Source: Octopus bimaculoides (Eukaryota). Taken from it: DNA of 64,000 nucleotides. The position numbers were made by a program, and so were the translations under genes. The DNA is taken from assembly GCF_001194135.2 (NCBI RefSeq), contig NC_068990.1:69433860-69497859 (forward strand), read 5' to 3'. The notes under the pieces are model-generated. The model was given only the letters and a program-made list of their open reading frames with translations, was not told the DNA's origin and made no database searches. Shown piece after piece: positions 12,660 through 24,010 of this stretch (the stretch's first letter is position 1; the number at the start of each line of letters is the position of its first letter).

Positions 12660-12882
12660 CCAATCTGATATTTAAACCATCCATATCTGGTCGAAATTTT
12701 CTACCTCCTTTATGTTCAAACCAGCATGGTCTGACCTTTCACACTTAGTCTACAATATCATTCTAGAAATAAACAATCATATAATCAAAATATCAAAGTT
12801 ACAAGACAATGCATGATTAATTTTTAAAGAAATGTGAATAAATGTTACATTTGACAAAGTAATCTGAATGCCAAAGGTTTAA
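12660..12882. mobile_element. TTAA-type (piggyBac-like) MITE lacking its left TIR
   Basis: Reverse complement of 61216-61438; right end ...GAATGCCAAAGGTTTAA. Confidence 0.65.
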
Positions 12883-13333
12883 ACCAATCTGACGTTTAAC
12901 TTCTAGTTTAACATTTGACATCGATGTAGTTTCCGGCCAACTTCACTTTCATCAGGTTTACACAAATCTTTTCAATTCTACATGATAAAGGAAAAATGAA
13001 TATGTAAATCAAATCCTGTCCTTTACTATGAGACAACTATAAAACGTGACATTTTATGAAGTTTTACCATCTGAAAAACAAAATACTGCTTCTTCTGGAG
13101 AGTTTGGAAAACAATATCTTAACCCTTCTGTTATCATGTTTCTGTTGAAATACATTGCATTAACTTCAATTTTTTAAATAATGAAGATTTTAGTGAAATA
13201 ATTTTGTTATTTAGCTGGTGTTTGGAACATCTAGAGTGAACTCTTGTGTCCTAAGGGTGCTCCTGTACTCTTATCTTTGAATGCAGGATTCAGTGTCACA
13301 TCAAGCAGTATAGCAATTCTGTAGGTGTTTCAA

Positions 13334-13575
13334 CCCCCTTCCTATTTCGTTACTGCCCACAAGGGGCTACACACAGAGGGGACAAGCAAGGACAGACTAA
13401 CGGATTAAGGTGATTATATCGACCCCAGTGCGTAACTGGTACTTATTTAATCGACCCCAAAAGGATGAAAGGCAAAGTCGACCTCGGCAGAATTTGAACT
13501 CAGAACGTAGCGACAGACGAAATACCGCTAAGCATTTCGCCTGGCATGCTAACGTTTCTGCCAGCTCGCCGCCTT
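13334..13575 (-). mobile_element. SINE family A, young CpG-rich copy
   Basis: Head AAGGCGGCGAGCTGGCAGAAACGTTAGC and central GTCGACTTTGCCTTTCATCCTTTTGGGGTCGAT on the minus strand. Confidence 0.85.
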
Positions 13576-13949
13576 CCACTGTGATACTCGAGCTGCCTGG
13601 GGCCACCCACAAATGTAGGTGACAAAACTCCCACATGACATCACCTACTTTCTTGAGTAAGATGTCATGAACATGGGCCAGATGTTTCTGTCATCTCAAA
13701 TGCTTGATCTTGCTTCACCAGTTGTCGTGTCTCTCGAACCAGTAACTTTAACATGAATGATTGATGGAGGGGTTTTAATTTGGATCACTTCAAAACAGTA
13801 AGTTTTGTATTATAGAAAGGCAGTCTGAGGCAGATCTTTATCAAAAGGGTAAATGTGAAAGGCCAGCAGCAATATTTCTCATATTCTTTGTCCATTTTCT
13901 TTTAGCTTTCTAAGTGTATTCTATCAGTGTTATTAGTCTGTTGTTACAG

Positions 13950-14051
13950 AGCATATGTTGAAAGATAATGCTGCATGTGTAAGAAAATGTCCTGTGGAGA
14001 AACAGGTAATAAACAACACCTGTGTGAAATGTGAAGGAGCCTGCCCAAAAA
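13950..14051 (+). CDS. EGFR: EGFR exon 6, end of CR1
   Basis: cag|AG...A|gtaag; HMLKDNAACVRKCPVEKQVINNTCVKCEGACPK; phase 1-1. Confidence 0.93.
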
Positions 14052-14107
14052 GTAAGTGTTCTTATGGATTATTTTATTGTTGTTGTTGTTGTTGATAATA
14101 ATAATGA

Positions 14108-14316
14108 TTTCAAATTTTGGTTCTAGGCCAGCAATTCTGGAAGAGGAATATGTTGATTACATCGAACCCAGTTTTCAGCTGGTACTTATTTTATTGACCC
14201 CGAAATGATGGAAGGCAAAGTCAACCTGGACGGAACTTGAACTCAGAACCCGAAGACTGATGAAATGCTGCTAAGTATTTTGCCCAGAGTGTTAATGATT
14301 CTGCCAGCTTGCCAAC

Positions 14317-14318
<2 letters not shown>
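14108..14318 (-). mobile_element. SINE family A, diverged
   Basis: Same head and central block as 13334-13575. Confidence 0.7.
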
Positions 14319-14351
<33 letters not shown>

Positions 14352-14539
14352 GCCACTATGGTCCCAACTCAAATTTTGGAAGTTGACTTTGCATTTCACC
14401 TGTTTCAGGTCAACAAAACAAGTACCTGTTAAACACTGGGGTCAATGTAATCATTATATTCTTTACTTGGACTGTACAGGCAGACTTGGATGTTTGACAT
14501 CCCTTTGAATGGTTTTGGTCCACACCTTTTATATATATA

Positions 14540-15312
14540 NNNNNNNNNNNNNNNNNNNNNNNNNNNNNNNNNNNNNNNNNNNNNNNNNNNNNNNNNNNNN
14601 NNNNNNNNNNNNNNNNNNNNNNNNNNNNNNNNNNNNNNNNNNNNNNNNNNNNNNNNNNNNNNNNNNNNNNNNNNNNNNNNNNNNNNNNNNNNNNNNNNNN
14701 NNNNNNNNNNNNNNNNNNNNNNNNNNNNNNNNNNNNNNNNNNNNNNNNNNNNNNNNNNNNNNNNNNNNNNNNNNNNNNNNNNNNNNNNNNNNNNNNNNNN
14801 NNNNNNNNNNNNNNNNNNNNNNNNNNNNNNNNNNNNNNNNNNNNNNNNNNNNNNNNNNNNNNNNNNNNNNNNNNNNNNNNNNNNNNNNNNNNNNNNNNNN
14901 NNNNNNNNNNNNNNNNNNNNNNNNNNNNNNNNNNNNNNNNNNNNNNNNNNNNNNNNNNNNNNNNNNNNNNNNNNNNNNNNNNNNNNNNNNNNNNNNNNNN
15001 NNNNNNNNNNNNNNNNNNNNNNNNNNNNNNNNNNNNNNNNNNNNNNNNNNNNNNNNNNNNNNNNNNNNNNNNNNNNNNNNNNNNNNNNNNNNNNNNNNNN
15101 NNNNNNNNNNNNNNNNNNNNNNNNNNNNNNNNNNNNNNNNNNNNNNNNNNNNNNNNNNNNNNNNNNNNNNNNNNNNNNNNNNNNNNNNNNNNNNNNNNNN
15201 NNNNNNNNNNNNNNNNNNNNNNNNNNNNNNNNNNNNNNNNNNNNNNNNNNNNNNNNNNNNNNNNNNNNNNNNNNNNNNNNNNNNNNNNNNNNNNNNNNNN
15301 NNNNNNNNNNNN
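14540..15312. other. assembly gap (N); other gaps at 151-160, 15583-15592, 17428-17437, 18038-18447, 24097-24447, 32480-33116, 35748-35913
   Basis: N runs, mostly flanked by (AT)n. Confidence 1.
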
Positions 15313-15334
15313 ATATATATATAAATGTATAATG

Positions 15335-15500
15335 GGAATTTTAATAAAACAAAAGACGAAGAGAGGTGTGTAAACAGAAAACAAACAGGTATGTTAGTTT
15401 AGCCCTTGGGAAGGTGAGAAAGTTGTTTTCATTTTGAGCCTGCGCTCTTCAACAGAAAAGAAAAACAAGAAAATAAACAGAGAGAATAAAAAAGAAAGCT
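15335..15500 (-). mobile_element. Penelope-like terminal fragment with decayed hammerhead-like motif
   Basis: Inverted homologue of 16862-16975; minus strand CTGTTGA-A-GAGC-gcag-GCTC-AAAA. Confidence 0.5.
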
Positions 15501-15779
15501 TTAGTAGCTAGAGGTCAATCATGGCAATATATATGCATGTATATATGTATATATACATCTGCACAGATATATGTATATATATNNNNNNNNNNATATATAT
15601 ATATATATGTATATGTATATCTGAGACCCTCCTTCAGTCATGACTGACCATGAGATTGCACCTAGAAAGTTATCCTCCGAGGCACAAGTCTGGACAAGGT
15701 TGTTTATGGAAGACCAGCAGTCGCCCATGCATATCGGCCTTCCTTCTCCATGTCACCAGTGTTATCCAAGGGAAAGGCA

Positions 15780-15824
<45 letters not shown>

Positions 15825-16634
15825 AATTTAAAATTAGGATAACATCTTTATAAGAATTTATCAAGTAGTTAGCATGCAAAACCTCATAAGGGAAATATTT
15901 ATTAATTATTCCTTTTAAATATATTTATTTGTATTAAGGGCATTACTATACATAAATGCCTCATGCTAGGAGGGACTTTTAAAGTCTAAACTACCACAAT
16001 GAACACACATTGTACCGCTGCAAGGGAATGCAACTCTCAAAGCGAGCCTTTTAAAAACAGATTCAGCCACAGATCATATGAATTCATAATTAGTGCACAA
16101 AATGCACTTTTTAATCGTCTCTGCAGGCATTAAGACATAAAAATGAACAAAAAAGATCAACATACCAGACGAACACCAAATGTATCCAGCATAGTACATA
16201 GAATTGTTGACACTTATATATCTATGTAAGAGGTGGGCTTTTCGAATTGCATCTCAGTATACGTGTTTATTCAGGATAAAATTCAGCACTGATATATTCT
16301 GGTTAAATTTACAATTTAAAAATAGGATAAAATCTTTATAAGAATTTATCAAGTAGTTAGCGTGAAAAACCTCATAAAGGAAAAATTTATTAATTATCCC
16401 CTTTAAATATATTTATATATTATCATTGCTTTTATGAGGTTCAATGGCCAAAAGATGCCATATATATATATATATATATTTATGTATATATTAATATTAT
16501 CTTGGTTGAAAAACTTTGATAATGCAAGTATGTTGATAGTTACCAGAGTAGCAAAAATCACACAAAAACTGGGATATTATACCCGGTTAAGGGTTAGAAA
16601 TTCCATGTTAAAGTGATGTATTTTGAGTTGATAT

Positions 16635-16840
16635 AAAGAATAATAATAAATGGAGCAAAACACATATAATCAATAAGTTCCTTTAATTCCTACATATGTT
16701 TCAAAAATTATATTCACTCTATACCAGCATCTCATACTACTTTGGAGTAGAGTACATATAATTTTTGAAACATATGTAGGAATTAAAGGAACTTATTGAT
16801 TATATGTGTTTGTATTTTGCTCCATTTATTATTATTCTTT
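16635..16840. repeat. near-perfect 206-bp palindrome
   Basis: 16635-16660 pairs with 16815-16840 (26 bp) and 16661-16713 with 16756-16808 (53 bp); one 6-nt bulge. Confidence 0.95.
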
Positions 16841-16861
16841 GTATATATATATATATATATG

Positions 16862-16975
16862 TTCCTTTCTGTGGAAGAGCGTAGGCTCAAAACGTTAAAG
16901 ACTTTTTCACTTCCCGAGCATTAAACTAATAGATTTGTTTGTTGTCTACACCACCTGTTTTCGACTTTTGATTTT
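16862..16975 (+). mobile_element. Penelope-like terminal fragment with decayed hammerhead-like motif
   Basis: cttt-CTGTGGA-A-GAGC-gtag-GCTC-AAAAC-GTT-aaag. Confidence 0.55.
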
Positions 16976-16982
16976 TGTGAAT

Positions 16983-17015
<33 letters not shown>

Positions 17016-17437
17016 ATATAACATACATATATATTCCCCCTGGATGGGAAGCCAGTCTGTTGCAGGATTACTCATTTTTGCCAGCTGAGTAGACTGGAAC
17101 AACATGAACTGTTTTGCTCAAGTACACAACGCATAGCCTTATCCGGGAATGAAAACCTCATTCTTACTATCCCAAATGCAACACTCTAAATACTAAGCCA
17201 CACACACACGCATATGTATGATTGTGTGTGTGTTAGTGCTTTGCAACTGTTGACAGTTGTCTGATCTTTAAATGTTTGTGGAAAAATGGCAGAAAGAAAA
17301 TTCATATATTCCTGCCAAGAGCAAACCTTTGCTACTTAAACCTTTAATTCTATCTAGAAATAATTATTCTACCAAACTCTCTGCCTGATGTCATCGGTAG
17401 TTTTTTTTTCTATCTCTCTCTCTCTCTNNNNNNNNNN

Positions 17438-17489
<52 letters not shown>

Positions 17490-17657
17490 GTATGCGTGTG
17501 TATGTGTGTGTGTGTATTTATATATGCATATATATATATGTATGTATATATTTATATATATCTTTTTATACATATATATATATGCATGTGTATATTTATA
17601 TATACACATCAATATCAAAAGCAAATCAAGATCAAAATCAAAATGGAAATTGTAGTT

Positions 17658-17935
17658 GTGGCCGACGCCAGTGCCACCTGACTTGCACCCGTGCTGGTGG
17701 CACATAATAAGCACCATTCAAGTGTGGGTCAATGCCAGTGTTGCCTGACTGGCTCCCTGTGCCAGTGGCACATAAAAAGCACCATCCAAACGTGGTTGAT
17801 GCCAGTCCCCTTCCCCAGACTGGCTCCTGTGCTGGTGGCATGTAAAAAGCACTGTCTGAACGTGGTCGATGCTAGTGCCACCTGACTGACTCTTGGGCCG
17901 GTGACATGTAAAAAGCACCCACTACACTCTCGGGG
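17658..17935. repeat. minisatellite of four 66-70 bp units belonging to repeat family E
   Basis: Units start at 17658, 17724, 17792 and 17862; continues into CCCACTACACTCTC as at 34610. Confidence 0.85.
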
Positions 17936-18474
17936 TGATTGGCTCTGTGTGTGTGATATTCTTTTGCCAAATTTTCTGTTATACAACATATATATATATA
18001 TATATGTAATATGTTTGAGGTTTCACTACATATATATNNNNNNNNNNNNNNNNNNNNNNNNNNNNNNNNNNNNNNNNNNNNNNNNNNNNNNNNNNNNNNN
18101 NNNNNNNNNNNNNNNNNNNNNNNNNNNNNNNNNNNNNNNNNNNNNNNNNNNNNNNNNNNNNNNNNNNNNNNNNNNNNNNNNNNNNNNNNNNNNNNNNNNN
18201 NNNNNNNNNNNNNNNNNNNNNNNNNNNNNNNNNNNNNNNNNNNNNNNNNNNNNNNNNNNNNNNNNNNNNNNNNNNNNNNNNNNNNNNNNNNNNNNNNNNN
18301 NNNNNNNNNNNNNNNNNNNNNNNNNNNNNNNNNNNNNNNNNNNNNNNNNNNNNNNNNNNNNNNNNNNNNNNNNNNNNNNNNNNNNNNNNNNNNNNNNNNN
18401 NNNNNNNNNNNNNNNNNNNNNNNNNNNNNNNNNNNNNNNNNNNNNNNTTTTTTTTTTTTTTTTTTTTTTTATAG

Positions 18475-18580
18475 CCTGCGAAGGAACAAAACTATGGTTG
18501 ACTTCAAAGAACATTAAGCCTTTCAAGGACTGTACCATTATTGAGGGTAATCTCGTTATGTACCAAGTATCATTCGATGG
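18475..18580 (+). CDS. EGFR: EGFR exon 7, start of L2
   Basis: poly-T tag|CC...GG|gtaaa; CEGTKLWLTSKNIKPFKDCTIIEGNLVMYQVSFDG; phase 1-2. Confidence 0.93.
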
Positions 18581-19223
18581 GTAAATTATCTATTTCATAT
18601 TTTCATTGAATACAAGGCATGATAAAAAAAACCCTCAGATTCACAATTTTTTGATAAATGTTTGAACAGCAAACTCACAGCATGCACCAATTCAAACAAA
18701 TAAATGATAACTGCAACAAAATATAGTAAAACATTAACTACATGACAACTCCATTACTACCAGCCCAATTTTATTGTTGCCATACCAATGGCCATGCAAA
18801 ATATGGGAAGGTCTTCTGCCATACCCTATTAGTTGTTTCTTTTTCCAATTGTTGTCTGACTATGTGTCACATACAATAAATGAAACAATAAGGCAATGAT
18901 GTAATCAATGTTGATGAACTTATACAGCTCTTAAGTGCAAAAAAAGTATGGTCATTAGTAAAATATGCCATGCTTTTACAAATTGGTATTTAGTTACCTG
19001 CACAGTAGTCATCAAAAGACATGGACAACAGACAACCTCTTGACTCTCCCGCCTTTTCACCCAACAGCACACCCAAGCTGTAACAGCTGAAGGGAGAGAG
19101 AGAGCTACCTTGATATACAGCTGTTACTCATTTTCATTTCAATAGACTGGAGCAATGTTAAAAGATGTAAATTGCTCAAGGTGACAGTGCACTGCTTGGT
19201 CCAGGAATTAAGCTTGAGATATG

Positions 19224-19679
19224 AAGTGATTTTTTAAATTCTCAATCGCAGAATAATGCTAATAATATAGCTTGAACAGGATAAACTATCCCTATTTTGC
19301 AGAGAAAAGTGTAGGTGGCTAGCTGTGGACTCGAACTCACATCCCCGTGATTACATGTCACGATGCTCTGACCGATTAAGCTAAACTACCCACTACAAAT
19401 TCCTCCGCAAATTAAGATATATAAATCTTGCTTTATGAGACGCTCTCATATGTTAAATTCAAATTACGACAAACATAAATAAACAAACGAAGTTTGCTTT
19501 TAGAAGCATTGAGATGTCTTTTAGAAAGTTAAAGAAGTGATTTTTTAAAGTTCTCAATCGCAGAATAATGCTAATAATATAGCCTGAACAGGATAAACTA
19601 TCCCTATTTTGCAGAGAAAAGTGTAGGTGGCTAGCTGTGGACTCGAACTCACATCCCCGTGATTACATGTCACGATGCT
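19224..19679. repeat. tandem duplication: 311-bp unit plus about 145-bp partial second unit
   Basis: 19224-19367 and 19535-19679 differ by about 2 changes. Confidence 0.9.
19317..19390 (-). tRNA. tRNA-like pseudogene or SINE head, anticodon loop reads TGT (Thr)
   Basis: GGTAGTT-TA-GCTT-AATCGGTC-AGAGC-AT-CGTGA-CATGTAA-TCACG-GGGAT-GTGAG-TTCGAGT-CCAC-AGCTAGC-C; perfect anticodon stem, one base missing in the T-stem, TTTT 9 nt downstream. Confidence 0.55.
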
Positions 19680-19684
19680 TTGGG

Positions 19685-19900
19685 TTTCAAATTTTAGGAT
19701 AAGGCCAGTAATTTCAGAAGAGAGGGTTAAGTTGATTATACTGACCCCAGTGTTCAACTGGTACTTATTTTATTGACTCCAAAAGGATGAAAGGAAAAGT
19801 TATCCACTGCAGAATTTGAACTCATAACATAAAGATGAACAAAATGCCACTAAGAATTTAGCCCAGCGTGCCAACAATTTTTGCCTGTTCACCACCTTAA
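19685..19900 (-). mobile_element. SINE family A, diverged
   Basis: Family A central block and head. Confidence 0.7.
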
Positions 19901-21147
19901 TTAAGCCTGAGATATTACAATCATGAGCCACATGCTCTAGCCACTAGTCTACATGCCTCTAGTGTTGATGAATTTCACTCATGTTATTATTTATCATTCA
20001 ACTTGTAATTTAATTAAGTCTTCAAAATTTCATAAGATTTTTGTTATTCAAAACTGTAGAATAGAGAAAACTGAAAGGAATAAAATATGCACACATACAA
20101 CAGCAGAAAATTCTGCAGACGAGAAGACCACTATATGAATGTAATGACAAAATTCTATAGTTATTTCAAAATTGTATTTGTTTCGCAGATGAATACAGTT
20201 AGATTATCTAAGAAACATAACTCTGTATTATTTCTAATGGAGTTATCTCCCTTGCCATTTCATTTTATATTTATCACTAGCTTAACAGCTGTACAACGTG
20301 CGGACTATTAGGCTAGCTTCTGCGGAGGGCAAATTGGGCCTAAGGCCTAAAACTAAAGAGAGCTAAATAGCATGACTATGATATATCTGTAATGACTATA
20401 TTGCCCCGGTGATCTTTGACCAGAACGGATCAGAATTAATTCTATAATGTAGTCATTCTCTTGTTCAGTCCTAAGTTGAATTCCAACTGTTGGTCAATTT
20501 GTCCCAAAGTTCTTATTTCAACATAAAATTAACGATGCAAATGCCAGTTATCTCTAACGCCAATCGAGATAGCGTGAATCAGCCAAGCTTTACCTGCTAG
20601 AAATAGCAACTCAAATGCTTTCGAATCAGATCCTTATGCTGGATGTTCTTGAACCAAATGAAGGGCAGATTTTCAATCTTGGGATCATCCTGATTCCAAA
20701 AAGCTATAATATGTCTATGTAAAACAAATGTAGATTGAGATACAGCGATCACAGACAGACAAAATTTCGTGTTTATTATCATAGAAGGATTTACAAATGT
20801 AAAAGCATTTTAAATCTGCAGTGTGGTTTACTTGAGTGTTACAATGTCATGTGGCCTAAATAAATCACCCCAATCAAAAATCATCATGAGCTTTTACATT
20901 GTCATTCAATTTGCTAGAAATAGCTGTCAAATACACTTTCAAACCACAGTCTTAATATATGCGCACATATGTGTGTAGTAAGAAGTCTGCTTCTCAACTA
21001 CATCATTTGGGGTTCAGTACCACTTTATGGCACTTTTGGCAGATATCTTCTATTATAACCCCAGGCCATCCAATGCCTAATGAGGAGATTTGGTAAATAG
21101 GAAGTAAAAGAAGCCCTTTGTGCATGTGTGTGTAGATATCTTTTATG

Positions 21148-21413
21148 TTTTTACTTGTTTCAGTCATTTCACTGTGGCCATGTTGGTGCACTGCCTTGAA
21201 GGGTTTTAGTCAAATGAATTGCTCCCAGGACTTGTTTCCTTTTTTTCTTTTTTTAGACCTAGTATTTATTCTATCAGTCCCTTTTGCTGAACTGCTAAGT
21301 TACAGAAATGTAAACACATCAACACCAGTTGTCAAGTGGTGGAGGGGGACAAACACAGAGACAAAGTCACATGCACATACACACGCACATATACATATGT
21401 ACATATATATATG

Positions 21414-21452
<39 letters not shown>

Positions 21453-21584
21453 CCAGGCTTCTTTCAGTTTCTGTCTGCCAAATCCACTCAACAGGCTTTT
21501 GGGTCAGCTCAAGGTGCCATGCAGTGGGACTGAACCCAGAACCATGTGGTCGGGAAGTAAGCTTCTTACCACACAGCTACACCT
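21148..21584 (-). mobile_element. SINE family B
   Basis: Full head-to-tail homology to 52310-52740 with internal (CA)n. Confidence 0.8.
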
Positions 21585-22403
21585 ATATCTATCTATTTGT
21601 CTGTGTCTGTCTGTGTGAGAAATGCCACTAAGCATTTTGCTTGACATACTAACAATTCTGCTAGCTCACCACCTTACACACACATATATCATTATCATCA
21701 TCATCATCATCATCGTTCTCATCATTTAACATCCATGTTCCATGCTGGCATAGATTGAACACTTTGACAGAATCCAACTTGTAAGATGACAATGCCAAAC
21801 TTTCATGTCTGCTTTGGCATGGTTCCTCCAGCTGGATGCCTTTTCTTAATGCCAGCCACTTTACTGAGTGTACTGGGTGCTTTTTATGGCACTGGGACTT
21901 GTGAGATTGCCAAGTAATTTGCAAGACAAAGACCTTTCATAGGATGGGGATGTAATAGTGAGAGAGATAGCTTTTGGCCAGGCATATACAGTATAAGCCA
22001 GAAAGAGGGAAGGAACAGATGTCTTGCTGTAGGGTAGGTACATGGATACCCCTGCAGGAAAAGGAGATAGGGTATTAGGATGTAACTTAAGGTGGATAGA
22101 GAGAGAATAGGAATTGATGGAAGAGAGATGGGAGAGGCAGAGAATCAATCAAGAATGGCTGAATGTGTAAGTAGTGGGGATTAAAGTGAGATGTGGGGAG
22201 AGAAGATGCACAGTGACAGAGGTCTGACATGCATAGGGGTGGATATAGTCAGTTACAAAAGAAGTGTCGATAGCAGAGATGAGCTGTTCAAATGATGTTG
22301 GGAGTATGGGATGGGTGCCAGGGGGAGTGGTTCCAAGACAAGGGATTACTGGTAGCGCAAAACAGGGGAGTAATATGTGCAGTTCAGTTGCCATATATTT
22401 GAC

Positions 22404-22770
22404 TGGCACTCAGTCAGTTACGACAATGAGTTTTCCAGTTGATTCAATCACTAGAACAGCCCTTTTGTGAAATTAATGTGCAAGTGGCTGAGCATTCCAC
22501 AGACACACATACTCATAACACAGGTCTCGGCGATACTCAGCATGACATATCCACCCTTATGTGTATCAGACTTCTGTCACTGTGCATCTTCTCTCCCCAC
22601 ATGTGACAAGGCTGACCATTTGAAATACAGGTTCTCCTCATTTTTGTCATTTGAGTGGATTGGAGCAATGGGAAATGAAGTGTCTTGCTCAAAGACACTA
22701 CATGCTTCCAGGAGTCAAACTCGCAACATTGCAATCATGAGACAAATACCACAACCACATAACCACACAC
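22404..22770 (-). mobile_element. SINE family C
   Basis: Homologous to 55488-55808. Confidence 0.7.
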
Positions 22771-23207
22771 CTACATGCCATATACTTATAGTAATTGAGC
22801 AATAGCAGTGTTGTCAGAGGGGTGGGTGTTGCGAAGATGAAGGCTAGGAAATGTGATAGGCACATGTTAGATGTAGGATGCAAAGATATTGATGATGGGC
22901 TTTTAAGCCTTGTTTTTACTGGGAAGCGATAGGTCTTTTCATATAGTAGGTGTATACACAAACACATATATCTTAGGAATATAACATATATACATAATTG
23001 TATACATATGCAAATTTTAAAACAGAGAAATAAGGAACTATAAACCTGAAGCACATTATTTGCTGAAAGTGGTCTGTTGATAGAGGACCACATTAGTGCT
23101 TACTGGTGATATTTGATCTCTGTTTTCTTACTGCATTTCTTACCAGCATTATAGTGTAGTGAAGTACAATGACAACAGACAATTATATACAGAAAAGATT
23201 TAAACAT

Positions 23208-23615
23208 GTGCAGGTATGGCTTTGTGGTTAGAAGGTTGCTTCCCAACTACATGGTTCTAGATTCAGTCCCACTGCATGGCACCTTGGGCAAGTGTCTGTT
23301 ACTATAGCTTTAGGTCAGCCAAAGTTTCGTGAGTGGATGTGGTAGACAGAAACTAAAAGAAGCCCATCATATAATGTATGTATGTCTTTGTGTCTGTGTT
23401 TGTCTCCCACCACAGCTTGACAACTGGTGTTGGTGTGTTTACATCCTCATAACTTAGCAGTTTGGCATAAAAGATCAATAGAATAAGTACCAGGCTGTGA
23501 AAAAAAGGGTACTGGGATTTATTCATTCAAGTAAAAGACACAATTCTTCAAGGCTGTGCCTCAGCATGGCTGCTGTCTAATGACTGAAACAAGTGATAGA
23601 TAAAAGATAAAAGAC
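23208..23615 (+). mobile_element. SINE family B, ending about 50 nt upstream of exon 8
   Basis: Head GCAGGTATGGCTTTGTGGTTAGAAG, core CCTTGGGCAAGTG, (GATAAAA)n tail. Confidence 0.8.
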
Positions 23616-23664
23616 ATGATTTATAAAGCATCAAAAACTATAAAATTATTTGTATGTGTTTCAG

Positions 23665-23832
23665 AGACAGCAAAGGCAACATTAGTGCTTTGAGCATCAG
23701 CGATCTTGACTATCTAAAGAGCATTCGAGAAATAACAGGTTATTTAGTTATTCAAGCAAGCCCACCCGAGTTGGAAACGCTGTCATTTCTAGAAAACCTT
23801 GAAGCTATTGGTGGACGCAATGAAGCTATAGA
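23665..23832 (+). CDS. EGFR: EGFR exon 8, L2
   Basis: cag|A...GA|gtaag; DSKGNISALSISDLDYLKSIREITGYLVIQ...FLENLEAIGGR; phase 2-2. Confidence 0.94.
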
Positions 23833-23959
23833 GTAAGTATACATATGTGTGTGTGTGTGTGTGTTCATGTGAATATCTGTTCATATACCAATCAAACTAT
23901 TTATATGTGTATGTGTGTATGAGACAGAGAAATAGTGAGTGAGATTTCTTATGTGCTTT

Positions 23960-24010
<51 letters not shown>

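Noticed and set aside
12920-12958. Minus-strand CTGATGA...GAAAC hammerhead-like motif
   Set aside because: The core is canonical, but helices I, II and III cannot be paired convincingly.
14410-15384. Long ORFs full of X (also at about 17900-18580, 23935-24640, 32400-33180, 35729-36049)
   Set aside because: Artefacts of N-gaps lacking stop codons.
17658-17935. Regularly spaced repeats suggesting a CRISPR array
   Set aside because: Whole units are homologous with no unique spacers, there are no cas genes, and the context is a eukaryotic intron.
18038-18447. Missing EGFR exons hidden in N-gaps
   Set aside because: Flanking exons join in phase and align continuously with ErbB sequences; only optional exons could be hidden.
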